Below are positions 10,953 to 22,010 of a stretch of DNA of 64,000 nucleotides, in pieces. Position 1 is the stretch's first letter; each line of letters opens with the position of its first letter. Source of the DNA: an uncultured Actinomycetota bacterium (GTDB lineage Bacteria > Actinomycetota > Actinomycetes > Propionibacteriales > Nocardioidaceae); contig CAWIAB010000004.1 in NCBI GenBank assembly GCA_963833975.1, positions 434,586-498,585 on the forward strand, given 5' to 3'. The notes below the pieces were generated by a model. That model was not told the DNA's origin and searched no databases. It saw only the letters and a list, made by a program, of their open reading frames with translations. Made by a program: the position numbers and the translations under genes.

Positions 10953-13270
10953 GAGGGGTCCTCGCGGAGGATGCGGGGCGGGGAGGCGCGCCCCACCCCG
11001 CGGAAGGCGAGGAAGGTCGCCACGCCCACGACGCACGCCAGCGACGAGCGCGGACAGCGGCGATGAACGACAGACGCGGGGCCGCGTCCAGCGGGGGCGC
11101 GAACTCCCAGCCCGAGCACCAGCGGCAGGGCGGGAAGCAGCACGCGGCAGGCCATCCACGCGGCGACCGCCGTCCCGACGAACGTCGCTGTCGCAAGGAC
11201 CACAGCCTCGCGGCGGTAGGCTCCGGCGATGGCCCGCGCTCGCACCCCGACGCTGCGCAGGCTGGCCGCCTCCCGCCGCCGCTCACCGGTCTGCTGCGCA
11301 AGGGCGGAGGCGATGCTCACCAGGGCGATCAGCCCGGCGAAGATCGCGACCAGGACATAGAGCCGGGTTCCTTGCGCTCGCTGGGTCTGATCCAGCCGCT
11401 TCAGGACGTTGGCGTACGTCGTCGGCTTGCCCACGGAGTGGGTCGCCCGCAGTGCCGCGATGACCGCCTGCCGGGGTGTCCGAGCGCGCCAGCACCACGG
11501 CTTGCGTGTCAGGGACGCTGCCGCCCGAGCCGACGAGCACCGTGCCCAGGTCGAGCAGGGTGCCCCGCGTGCCCACGAACGGAAGCACGGATCTCGCGCG
11601 CCACGACCGATGTCCGGCGCGGGACTCCGTCGACCCCGGCGACGTCGGGTCGGCCGTGGTCGAGATCCGGCTCGAAACCCCCGGTGGTCAGAGACGGCAG
11701 GATGGCCTGGCTCCGGAAGCTGCCCAGCGCCCACGCCTGCGAGTTGTCGTAGGCCGACATCGTGACCCTGAGCGTGGCCCCGTCCCGCACGAGGTGCAGC
11801 CCATCCTGGCCAGGGACCAGCCGGATTCCCGTTGACTCCCCCAATGTCTCCTGGCCGGCGATCGTCAGATCCACGAGCTGAAGAGGCGGACGGGGGCGGC
11901 GCGGGTCCTGCGTCCGGCCGCTGACGTCGATCTCGAGCACCGAGCAAGCGAAGTTGCATCCCGGCAGCCGGCCAGCGAACCGGCTCAGACCCGGACCCGC
12001 GGACGTTCCACCGCCGGGGCGGAGCGCCAGGCTGGCCGCGCTGGTATCACCGTGGTCGTCGACGTACTGGATCCCCAGGGACAGCCGCTGGGTGCCTTCG
12101 AGCGAGCTGGTGACGACGGTTGCGGACAGCTCGCTCCGGGTACCGACCCGAACGGCCGGGGTCGTCGCCAAGGCATCGAGCCGGTGGGTCACGGCTGCGA
12201 CCGGCGTGTCCGCGAAGAAGTCCCCCGACCACGGCCTGCCACCGGTCGGACTCGACGAAGACCCGACGCTCGGTGCCCTCGGTCGACGAGGTGTACGCCG
12301 CCACCGGCATCAACCAGCGCCCGTGCGGGTCCGCTCGCGCCGCTGCCTGGTAGGCGCGCAGCGCACCGTCAGCCACCGGGTAGCTCACGGGAGCGCCGAC
12401 CTGCAGCCGGGCGCGCTCCTCGCGCCAGCTCTGGGCCGCCGTCGACGCGCTCGCGGCGACGCCGAAGACCACACCGGCCGCGACGACGATGCGGATCACC
12501 GCGAGGCTGTCCGCACGGCGCAGCAGTCGCCGAAGTGTCAGGAACCAGCCGACGCGGGCGCTCCGGGTGCGAGGTACGAGGAACGCGAGCAGCGCCAGCA
12601 CCAGCCAGATCATCACCTGCCCCGCCGCCAGCCCGACGACGGCCGGAGCCACCAGCGTCACCCAGTCGACCCGCGACGCCGTCGCCTGGTGGGCCTGGTA
12701 GATGCGACACGACGGCGCCGAGGACGAGCACCAGCTGGAGGAAGAGGGCCGACCGTGCTGGCTGTCCGCGGGCGTCGGGCGCCGGCGAGCTGCTCCAGCA
12801 GCGGAGCCCGGGCGATCCGCCAGCTCGACGCCACGACGATGACCAGGCTGCCGAGAGTGACCAGCCCGACGCCGGCCCACTCCTCCGTGCCGAAGCTCGC
12901 CGTGGTGCCCGCTGGCAGCCAGGCCCCGACGACCAGCCGGGTGACCAGCCAGCCGGCCACGACTCCCGCGACGGCCCCGGCAATGACCACCGCACAGGGC
13001 TCGGCGACGGCGAAAACCAGCAGACGCAGACCGCGCCGGCCCGCGGAGGCGAGCCAGCGCCAGCTCGGCCTCGCGACGCCGTACCGACTCGACCGACTGG
13101 GCCGCGAGCGCGACGAATCCCAGCAGCACAAGGGCGCCCGCGGACCCACGAGAGACGGACGTGAGGCGGCTGAACGACACGGAGACCACCGTCCCTGAGA
13201 CCACGAGCGCCGTGAGCGCGAAGATCGTCAGGGAGAGCAGCCGACGAGCCGCGATGCCACGCCAGATCAC
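10949..13270 (-). pseudogene. FtsX-domain ABC transporter permease (about 770 aa), nine 1-nt insertions
   Basis: GTG at 13270 (VIWRGIAARRLLSLTIFALTALVV). Frame joins are at about 13040, 12757, 12704, 12224, 11589, 11473, 11110, 11052 and 11033. These link ORFs 12047..13270, 12658..13149, 12369..12995, 11509..12192, 11283..11588, 10949..11959 and 10669..11301. C-terminal FtsX helices are present (LYVLVAIFAGLIALVSIASAL...). 2322 nt = 771 codons + 9. Confidence 0.7.
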
Positions 13271-13271
13271 G

Positions 13272-13976
13272 TCACGTGCCGCCGAAGCCGACGTGCCCCG
13301 ATCCCAGCCCCGCGATGCTCACCGGCTCGATGTGGTCGGTCAGCACCCCGTCGTCGAGGATGAAGTGCCGGTCCGCGGACGCGACGACGGCCGGGTCGTG
13401 GGTCGCGACGACCACGATCGCGCCGCGGGTCGCCTCCGCGCGCAGCTGGTCCATCACGTGCTCGCGGTTGCCCTCGTCGAGCTCGCTGGTCGGCTCGTCG
13501 GCGAGCAGGATGGCCGGCGAGACGGCGAACCCGCGGGCGCAGGCCACCCGCTGCATCTGCCCGCCGGAGAGCTCCTCGACCTGGCGGTCGCCCAGGTCGC
13601 CGATATGGAAGCGCCGTAGCTGGTCGTCGGCTGTCCGGTTCGCCTCCGCGGGAGAGATGCCGCGCGCACGCAGGGCGATCGCGACGTTCTCCCGTGCGCT
13701 GAGGATGGGAACCAGGCCGTAGACCTGCAGCACGAAGGCGACCTCGTGGCGCGGGTCGCCGTCGCCCTGCCACATCGGCAGGTCGCCGTACGACGCACTT
13801 CCGCGGGTGGGCCGCTGCAGCCCGCCGGCGATGGACAGCACCGTCGTCTTCCCCGAGCCGGATGGCCCGGATACGGCGGTGACCTCGCCCGGGTGGAACA
13901 CCAGACTCATGGTCTGCAGGATCTGGTGCTCGCCGATGGTCAGCTGGACGTCGTCGAGTCGCAGGGTCGCGCTCAC
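13272..13976 (-). CDS. ABC transporter ATP-binding protein
   Basis: Intact 234-aa ORF with Walker A GPSGSGKT, signature LSGGQMQR and Walker B LLADEPTSELD. Its start overlaps the upstream ATPase stop (ATGA). Confidence 0.9.
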   Translation of the reverse strand: MSATLRLDDVQLTIGEHQILQTMSLVFHPGEVTAVSGPSGSGKTTVLSIAGGLQRPTRGSASYGDLPMWQGDGDPRHEVAFVLQVYGLVPILSARENVAIALRARGISPAEANRTADDQLRRFHIGDLGDRQVEELSGGQMQRVACARGFAVSPAILLADEPTSELDEGNREHVMDQLRAEATRGAIVVVATHDPAVVASADRHFILDDGVLTDHIEPVSIAGLGSGHVGFGGT

Positions 13977-14899
13977 GGGTCGTCCTCGTCGGCGTCGACC
14001 GCCTCAGGCCGGCTCAGCACAAGCCGCTCCCGGGTCTCCGGCTCGATCCGGACCAGGGTGCCGGGCGGCCACTCGCGAGCCACGTGGGCCGGCAGGTGCA
14101 CGACCCCGTCGACTCCGACCACGACGTACTCGGCACCGTCGCGGCCCTCCGAGCCGACGCGTCCGCCGCGCATGGTGACGGTACGCGGGAACGTGTCGGC
14201 GACCTCGGGCTGGTGTGTCACGACGAGGATCGTCGTACCGAACTCGTCGCCCAGACCGTGGATGAGCTCGAGCATGTGGTCGCGATCCTCGTGGCTGAGC
14301 TGGCTGGTCGGCTCGTCGGCCAGCAGCAGGGCCGGTGACGAGGTGACCGCGCAGGCGAGCGCCAGGCGCTGCCGCTGACCCCCGGACATCGTCCCGACCA
14401 CCTGGTCCACCTGGTCGGCGAGCCCGACCCGGCTGAACAGCTCGGCGTCGGACATCGCCGGTCGCCGCCCGCTCGTCCGGCTGGCCAGCTGGGCGAAGCC
14501 CAGGTTCTGCCGGGCGGTCGCGTAGTGAAGCAGGTTGCGGGTGGCGCCCTGGAGCATGGTGCTGACCCGGGAGGCCCGGACCTTGGTCAGCTGACGCTCG
14601 CTCATCCGGGAGATCTCGTCGTCACCGAGGAAGATCCGGCCGGCGGACGGACGCTGGATGCCGCCGAACAGCGTGAGCAGCGTCGACTTGCCCGAGCCGG
14701 AGGGACCGAGGAACGCCACCCGCTCACCCGGCTGCACGACCAGGTCGACGCCTTGGAGGGCGACGACGTCGTGGCCCTCGAACGTCTTGTAGAGGTGCAC
14801 GACCCCCTCGCACCGCACGCCGATGCCCGCCTCGTTGGGAGACGGCGGCGACAGGGTCGGCGCCGCGCCCGTTCCGAGCGATTCGCCCGCACGAGTCAT
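13973..14899 (-). CDS. ABC transporter ATP-binding protein with C-terminal extension
   Basis: ORF 13973..14977. Preferred ATG at 14899 (MTRAGES...) sits 11 nt after GAGGAGGAAG; the alternative start is 14977. Walker A GPSGSGKST, signature MSGGQRQR, Walker B LLADEPTSQL. Confidence 0.85.
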   Translation of the reverse strand: MTRAGESLGTGAAPTLSPPSPNEAGIGVRCEGVVHLYKTFEGHDVVALQGVDLVVQPGERVAFLGPSGSGKSTLLTLFGGIQRPSAGRIFLGDDEISRMSERQLTKVRASRVSTMLQGATRNLLHYATARQNLGFAQLASRTSGRRPAMSDAELFSRVGLADQVDQVVGTMSGGQRQRLALACAVTSSPALLLADEPTSQLSHEDRDHMLELIHGLGDEFGTTILVVTHQPEVADTFPRTVTMRGGRVGSEGRDGAEYVVVGVDGVVHLPAHVAREWPPGTLVRIEPETRERLVLSRPEAVDADEDDP

Positions 14900-15038
14900 C
14901 GCCAGCCCCGCTTCCTCCTCGTGATGCCCCAGCGCAGTCAACCCGGCAACGCTAGCCGAGACAACGCCGCCAACCACCCGATGCCAGGGTCGTTACGAAA
15001 TCGATGTCAGGTGTCTGTCGTCCCGCAACGGGGCGGCG

Positions 15039-15060
15039 TTTGGGTGGTGCACCACTCAAA
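15039..15060. promoter_or_regulatory. 22-bp palindrome TTTGGGTGGTGCACCACTCAAA (one mismatch), candidate operator upstream of the ABC operon
   Basis: Read directly, in the 14978..15140 gap upstream of the first ABC ATPase gene. It is the partner of the site at 15103..15120 (centres 62 bp apart). Confidence 0.45.
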
Positions 15061-15102
15061 CATCCCTCAAGCCACTCAGATCTGGGTGGCTTGGGGGCGA
15101 TC

Positions 15103-15120
15103 TGGGTGGTGCACCACCCA
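15103..15120. promoter_or_regulatory. perfect 18-bp palindrome TGGGTGGTGCACCACCCA, candidate operator or stem-loop just after the meaB stop
   Basis: Read directly; lies 21 nt 3' of the meaB stop (15141). GATCTGGGTGG also occurs at 15079..15089. Confidence 0.45.
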
Positions 15121-15140
15121 AACTCCCCCGGCGGACGGCG

Positions 15141-16154
15141 TCAGAGGGCGGCGAGCAGGGTGTCGGCGGCGGCGTAGGGGTCGGTCGAGCCGGTGACCAC
15201 CTGCTCGGCGAGCGCGTCGAGGGCGTCGTGGCCGTGCAGGTCGCCGAAGCGCTCCCGAAGCGCGGTCAGCGCGATCGCCTCGATCTCGTCCCGGGCCCGA
15301 CGGGTACGGCGGATGACCAGCTCGCCGGACTCGGCGAGGGCCGACCAGTGCTTGTCGATGGCGGCCACCAGCTTGTCGATGCCCTCGCCGCTCTGCGCTA
15401 CGGTGCTCACGATCGGCGGCCGCCAGGCGCCAACGTCTGCGGCGCCCAGGCTCAGCACCGACCGGAGGTCGCGTACGACCTGGTGCGCGCCGTCCCGGTC
15501 GGCCTTGTTGACGACGTACACGTCGCCGATCTCGAGGATGCCGGCTTTGGCCGCCTGGATGCCGTCGCCCATCCCGGGCGCCAGCAGCACCAGCGTCGTG
15601 TCGGCCTGCCCGGCGATCTCGACCTCCGACTGCCCGACGCCGACGGTCTCGACGATGATGACCTCGCAGCCAGCCGCGTCGAGCACCCGCAGCGCCTGCG
15701 GCGTGGCCCACGCGAGCCCGCCGAGCCGGCCCCGGGTGGCCATCGACCGGATGAAGACCTGGCCGTCGGTGGCGTGGTTCTGCATCCGTACCCGGTCCCC
15801 GAGCAGGGCGCCCCCGGAGAACGGCGACGACGGGTCGACGGCGAGCACCCCGACGCGCCTGCCCTGTTCGCGGAAGACGCTCACCAGTGCTGACGTGGTC
15901 GTGGACTTGCCGACGCCGGGCGAGCCGGTGATCCCGATGATCTGCGCGTGCCCGGTGTGCGGGGCGAGCCGCTCCGCCACCTCGCGGAGCAGGGGCGAGG
16001 CGTCCTCGACCAGCGAGATGAGCCTGGCCACCGCCCGCGGGTCGCCGGATCGGGCGCGCTCGACGAGATCTCCGACCGAGGCCTGTGCGCCGGCCCGTCG
16101 GCCGATGACCTGACGCGAGCGCTGCGGACGAGGGGTCGCTCGCGTCCGGCTCGG

Positions 16155-16158
<4 letters not shown>
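15141..16158 (-). pseudogene. meaB: methylmalonyl-CoA-mutase-associated G3E GTPase MeaB/ArgK, probable 1-nt insertion near the N-terminus
   Basis: ORF 15141..16031 (GTG) carries the P-loop GSPGVGKST and downstream G-motifs. The family-typical N-terminal helix (QVIGRRAGAQASVGDLVERARSGDPRAV) is encoded in frame upstream of 16031, but there is no start codon back to an in-frame TGA. A GTG at 16158, overlapping the thiolase stop, is one frame off, so one extra base is implied near 16100. If that is wrong, the CDS is 15141..16031. Confidence 0.6.
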
Positions 16159-17347
<1,189 letters not shown>

Positions 17348-17489
17348 CCGGCGCCTCCAGGTTCGATTCGTCTTCCCTGTGAACGATACCCAGCGCGCCG
17401 GGCGCAGGCGAAGCCCCGAGGCCTGGTTCGGCTGTCGAACGCGTCACAGCCCTTGGCGCGTCGCCGGCGTAGTCCGCGACGATGGACCG

Positions 17490-17939
17490 ATGTTCCCCGC
17501 CGGCCTGATCACCGCCGTCGACCACGTCGGCATCGCCGTACCCGACCTCGATGATGCGGTCGCCTTCTATGCCGAGAACTTCGGCTTCCAGGTCGTGCAC
17601 GAGGAGGTCAACGAGGGGCAGGGTGTCCGAGAGGCGATGCTGGCCGTCGGCGACTCCGGGGTCTGCCTCCAGCTGCTGGCCCCGCTCGGCCCCGACTCGG
17701 CGATCACGACGTTCCTGGAGCGGCAGGGACCAGGCGTCCAGCAGGTCGCGTACCGGGTCACCAGCATCGACGACGCCATGACCGCCGTGCGCGAGCAGGG
17801 CATGCGGCTGCTGTACGACGAGCCGCGGCGTGGGACCGCGAACAGCCGGATCAACTTCATCCACCCGAAGGACGCCGGCGGGGTCCTCGTGGAGCTGGTC
17901 GAGCCGGCTTCCGCCGACGCAGGCGCTCCGGGCCACTAG
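17490..17939 (+). CDS. mce: methylmalonyl-CoA epimerase (VOC superfamily)
   Basis: ATG at 17490 within ORF 17244..17939: MFPAGLITAVDHVGIAVPDLDDAVAFYAENFGF...GVQQVAYRV...INFIHPKDAGGVLVELVE. Intact. Confidence 0.8.
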   Translation: MFPAGLITAVDHVGIAVPDLDDAVAFYAENFGFQVVHEEVNEGQGVREAMLAVGDSGVCLQLLAPLGPDSAITTFLERQGPGVQQVAYRVTSIDDAMTAVREQGMRLLYDEPRRGTANSRINFIHPKDAGGVLVELVEPASADAGAPGH

Positions 17940-17950
17940 GCTCCCCAGCC

Positions 17951-19292
17951 ATGGAGGAGATCCTGAGCGCGATCCTCGCCGGTGACACCTCGCGGGAGGA
18001 GTTCGCCGCCCTGCCGCTGCCGGAGTCGTACCGCGGTGTGACGGTGCATGCGGACGAGGTCGAGATGTTCGACGGCCTCGAGTCCGCGGACAAGGACCCG
18101 CGCCGGAGCCTGCACCTCGACGAGGTGCCGGTCCCCGAGCTCGGGCCGGGCGAGGCCCTGGTGGCGGTCATGGCCTCGGCGATCAACTACAACACCGTGT
18201 GGACGAGCATCTTCGAGCCGGTGCCGACGTTCACCTTCCTGCGCCGGTACGGCAGGCTGTCGCCGATCTCGAAGCGTCACGACCTGCCGTACCACGTCGT
18301 CGGCTCCGACCTCTCCGGCGTCGTCCTGCGTACCGGCGCCGGCGGTCCACACCTGGCATCCCGGCGACCAGGTGGTCGCGCACTGCCTGTCGGTCGAGCT
18401 CGAGAGCCCGGACGGCCACAACGACACGATGCTCGACCCGGAGCAGCGGATCTGGGGCTTCGAGACGAACTTCGGCGGGCTGGCGCAGCTCGCCCTGGTG
18501 AAGTCGAACCAGCTGATGCCGAAGCCACGCCACCTCACCTGGGAGGAGGCGGCCTGTCCTGGTCTGGTCAACTCCACGGCGTACCGGCAGCTCGTCTCTC
18601 GCAACGGCGCCGCGATGAAGCAGGGCGACACGGTGCTGATCTGGGGAGCATCGGGTGGGCTCGGGTCGTACGCGACCCAGCTCGCGGTCAACGGCGGTGC
18701 GCTGCCCGTGTGCGTCGTCTCGTCGACGGACAAGGCCGACCTGTGCCGGGCGATGGGTGCGGAGCTGATCATCGACCGCCGCGAGTCGAGGACTACCACT
18801 TCTGGAGCGACGAGCACACCCAGGACCCGAGCGAGTGGCGTCGCTTCGGCGCCCGCATCCGTGAGCTGACCGGCGGCTACGACCCGGACATCGTGTTCGA
18901 GCATCCGGGCCGCGAGACGTTCGGCGCCTCGACGTTCGTCGCTCGCCGTGGCGGCACCATCGTCACCTGTGCGTCGACGTCGGGATATCATGCACGAGTA
19001 CGACAACCGCTATCTCTGGATGAACCTCAAGCGGATCATCGGGTCACACTTCGCCAACTACCGGGAGGCGTGGGAGGCGAACCGGCTGATCGCCCGCGGG
19101 CTGGTCCACCCGACGCTGAGCAAGACACACCCGCTGGAGAGCACCGGCGAGGCCGCCTATGAGGTACACAAGAACCAGCACCAAGGCAAGGTCGGCGTGC
19201 TGTGTCTCTCACCCGAGGGTGGACTGGGGGTCAGCGACGAGGCGTTGCGACAGCGTCATCTGGATGCGATCACCAGGTTCAGTGGCGTCTAG
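17951..19292 (+). pseudogene. ccr: crotonyl-CoA carboxylase/reductase, three frame changes
   Basis: ORFs 17951..19162, 18048..18869 and 18948..19292. Sequence: ...GVVLRTGAG|VHTWHPGDQVVAHCLSVELESPDGHNDTMLDPEQRIWGFETNFGGLAQ...LIIDRRE|(V)EDYHFWSDEHTQDPSEWRRFG...TCASTSGY|MHEYDNRYLWMNLKRIIGSHFANYREAWEANRLI...HQGKVGVLCL. This closely follows the Streptomyces Ccr sequence as I remember it. Changes: +1 at about 18344, -1 at about 18785, +1 at about 18989. 1342 nt = 447 codons + 1. Confidence 0.85.
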
Positions 19293-19666
19293 ACCGTGGC
19301 GGACCGCAGAAACGCCGCACCGAGCGTGAAAAGGTGGGTATGACACCGCGGGAGCCGGCAGGACTCCCCAACCAGGACTGAGGAATTGCAGACGCCGATG
19401 ACCGAGCAGCCACCTTCGCCACAGCCCGGACTCTCCATCTTCGAGTCTCCACCCGAGCGACCAGCAGAGCGCGCCACCCGCGGAGGCTCCGCGGCCCCGC
19501 CTGCCGGCGGCACCGCGCCCGTCGGACCGGCTTCCGCTGGACCCGCCTCCGGTGAACCCGCCGGTAACCGGTCGGTGGACCCTCGACCGGTGGGTCGACC
19601 GCCGCCGGACCGGCTCCGGTCCCCAACCAGGCCAATCCGGCCGGCGGGGGACAGCCCGCGTTCGCG

Positions 19667-20698
19667 GTGGTGCGCCGCGGCGGCTACGACCGGGCGGCGG
19701 TCGACTCCTACGTGAGCCAGACCGAGTCCCTACGGGTCGGCGCGAACCAGGCCGACCAGGCGTCCAAGCAGGAGCTCCGGAGCCTTCGGGACAAGGTGGC
19801 CGAGCTCGAGCAACGGCTGTCCGAGACCGAGACACCGACCTACGCCGGTCTGGGTGGGCGGGCCGCGGCGATGCTGCGGCTGGCCCAGGAGGAGGCCGAC
19901 GACGTCCGTAGCCGGGCCCAGCTCGCCGCGGAGGAGTCCCGACGGCACATCGTCAGCGAGGCCGCCGCGCTCCGCGCCGACGCCGAGAAGGAGGCCGAGG
20001 ACATCCGGTCGGTGCAGATGCGCGAGATCGACGAGCGTCGCTCATCGGTGCTCGCCGAGGCCGAGCAGGAGCGGTCGCTGGCCCGGGCCGAGGCGCACGA
20101 CATCCTGGCGTCTGCCAACCGGGAGGCCGAGCAGCTCCGGCTGGCCGCCCAGCAGGAGGTCAATGCGCTGCGCACCACAGCCAGGCGCGAGGCCGAGCAG
20201 CTCCGCGCCGCGGCCGACCGCGAGACGATGGAGGCCCGCCGCACGCTGGCGGTCGAGAAGGAGCGGCTGACCAAGGAGGCCGCGGAGCGGCACTCGGTGG
20301 CCGTCTCCGAGACCGGCCGACTCGTGGAGGAGGCCGAGGCTCGGGCGAACGGCGCCGAGGAGCGGGCCAGGGAGGCCATCGCCACCGCGACCAAGCATCG
20401 CGAGCAGACAACCGCCGAGGGTGAGAAGACGCTTGCCCGGTCGCGGCGCGAGGCGGAGCAGATGGTGACGGCAGCGCGCAAGCAGGCCGAGCAGATCGTC
20501 CGCAACGCCGAAGCCGACGCCGAGCGACGTCAGGCGGCGACCCGGCACGACCTCGAAGCCTTGCAGGCCAGACGGGACGGCATCGTCGCTCAGCTCGGCC
20601 AGCTCCAGGACGTGCTGCGGTCGTTCTCGAACGACCCTGGGTCGCTGGACGCGGACGCCTCGACGTCGGACGACCCACCGCCGGGTGCCACGACGTAG
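19667..20698 (+). CDS. DivIVA-domain coiled-coil protein
   Basis: ORF from GTG 19667 (VVRRGGYDRAAVDSYV...) followed by long Ala/Glu/Arg coiled-coil repeats. The family motif needs the upstream F (PAFAVVRRGGYD), and that frame has no start back to a TAA at 19565. A Pro/Gly-rich N-terminus starting at ATG 19398 (MTEQPPSPQPGLSIFE) would join it with a 1-nt deletion near 19565 (tentative). Confidence 0.65.
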   Translation: MVRRGGYDRAAVDSYVSQTESLRVGANQADQASKQELRSLRDKVAELEQRLSETETPTYAGLGGRAAAMLRLAQEEADDVRSRAQLAAEESRRHIVSEAAALRADAEKEAEDIRSVQMREIDERRSSVLAEAEQERSLARAEAHDILASANREAEQLRLAAQQEVNALRTTARREAEQLRAAADRETMEARRTLAVEKERLTKEAAERHSVAVSETGRLVEEAEARANGAEERAREAIATATKHREQTTAEGEKTLARSRREAEQMVTAARKQAEQIVRNAEADAERRQAATRHDLEALQARRDGIVAQLGQLQDVLRSFSNDPGSLDADASTSDDPPPGATT

Positions 20699-20745
20699 CC
20701 AACGCGCCGCGTTGTTGACCCGCCGATATATGCCAAGGTGGTCCC

Positions 20746-21945
20746 ATGTCGGCGCGTGAGGAGCCTGCCCATCCGCTGGAGCAGCTGTCCGGCGCCGCCG
20801 ACCGGGCGCTGACCCAGCGCGAGTCCGCCATCCGGGACGACGTACCTCCCCGACCGGACGTGGCCGAGCCTGAGGTCGATGACGAGGAGCATCCGTTCGG
20901 AGCACCCGGGCCGCCGATCTCCCGCCACTCGGCTTTCTACAAGGGCTTCTGGACGGGTCTGGGGGCCTTCACGGCGCTGGCGCTGGCGTTGGCCATTCGT
21001 CACGTCGAGTCCGTCATCGTGCTTCTGCTGGTCTCGATCTTCCTCGCGGTCGGCCTCAACCCGCTGGTCGAGTGGCTCGAGCGGAGGTCGATCAGGCGCC
21101 GGTGGGCCGTCCTCATCGTCACCCTCGGCCTGCTCGGCTTCGTCGCCCTGTTCATCGTGTCGTTGGTGCCGGTCCTGCGGGACCAGATCAACGAGCTGAT
21201 CGACAACGCACCCGGCTGGCTGGACTCGCTGCGCCGCAACCAGACGGTCAAGGACCTCGACGAGAAGTACGGGGTGATCGACAAGGTCACCCAGAAGCTT
21301 CAGGACCCATCCCTCGCCACGACGGCCTTCGGCAGCATCTTCAGCGTCGGTCTGGCCGTGCTGAGCGCGCTGCTCAACGCCTTCCTCGTCTTCGTGCTGA
21401 CCCTGTACTTCCTGACGTCACTGCCGCAGATCAAGAAGGCGTGCTACTCCCTCGCCCCCGCGTCGCGTCGGGAGCGAGTCACCAACCTCGGTGACGAGAT
21501 CCTGCGTGGGGTCGGCGGATACGTGTCTGGGGCCTTCCTGGTCGCGCTGTGCGCGGGCGTCTCGTCGTTCGTCTTCCTGGAGATCGCAGGCCTCGGGAAG
21601 TACGCCCTCGCGCTGGCCCTCGTCGTGGCGATCCTCGACTTCATCCCGCTGGTCGGCGCCACCATCGCAGCGGTCCTGGTGTCGGTGGTCGGGTTCGCCA
21701 CCTCGCTGGGGATCGGCATCGCCTGCGTGGTCTTCTACATCATCTACCAGCAGATCGAGAACTATGTCTTGTACCCGCGCGTGATGCGGCACTCCGTCGA
21801 CGTACCAGGCATCGTCACCGTGGTGGCCGTGCTGGTCGGTGGCACCCTGATGGGTGTCGTCGGTGCGCTGCTCGCGATCCCCATGGCGGCCGCGATCCTG
21901 CTTCTGGTGAGGGAGATCGTCGTACGGCGCCAGGACGAGACCTAG
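20746..21945 (+). CDS. AI-2E family transporter (PerM/YhhT-like permease)
   Basis: Intact 399-aa ORF with multiple TM segments and the family-typical C-terminal half (LDFIPLVGATIAAVLV...YQQIENYVLYPRVM). Confidence 0.8.
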   Translation: MSAREEPAHPLEQLSGAADRALTQRESAIRDDVPPRPDVAEPEVDDEEHPFGAPGPPISRHSAFYKGFWTGLGAFTALALALAIRHVESVIVLLLVSIFLAVGLNPLVEWLERRSIRRRWAVLIVTLGLLGFVALFIVSLVPVLRDQINELIDNAPGWLDSLRRNQTVKDLDEKYGVIDKVTQKLQDPSLATTAFGSIFSVGLAVLSALLNAFLVFVLTLYFLTSLPQIKKACYSLAPASRRERVTNLGDEILRGVGGYVSGAFLVALCAGVSSFVFLEIAGLGKYALALALVVAILDFIPLVGATIAAVLVSVVGFATSLGIGIACVVFYIIYQQIENYVLYPRVMRHSVDVPGIVTVVAVLVGGTLMGVVGALLAIPMAAAILLLVREIVVRRQDET

Positions 21946-22010
21946 CGAGGCTTGGCCGGCCGGTGACACACTGCAGACCTCACATCAAGCACCATTCGGG
22001 GAGGTCCGGC

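Noticed and set aside
17360-17370. tRNA T-loop-like GGTTCGATTCG in the thiolase-mce intergenic region
   Set aside because: No acceptor stem, anticodon arm or CCA-compatible 3' end can be folded around it.
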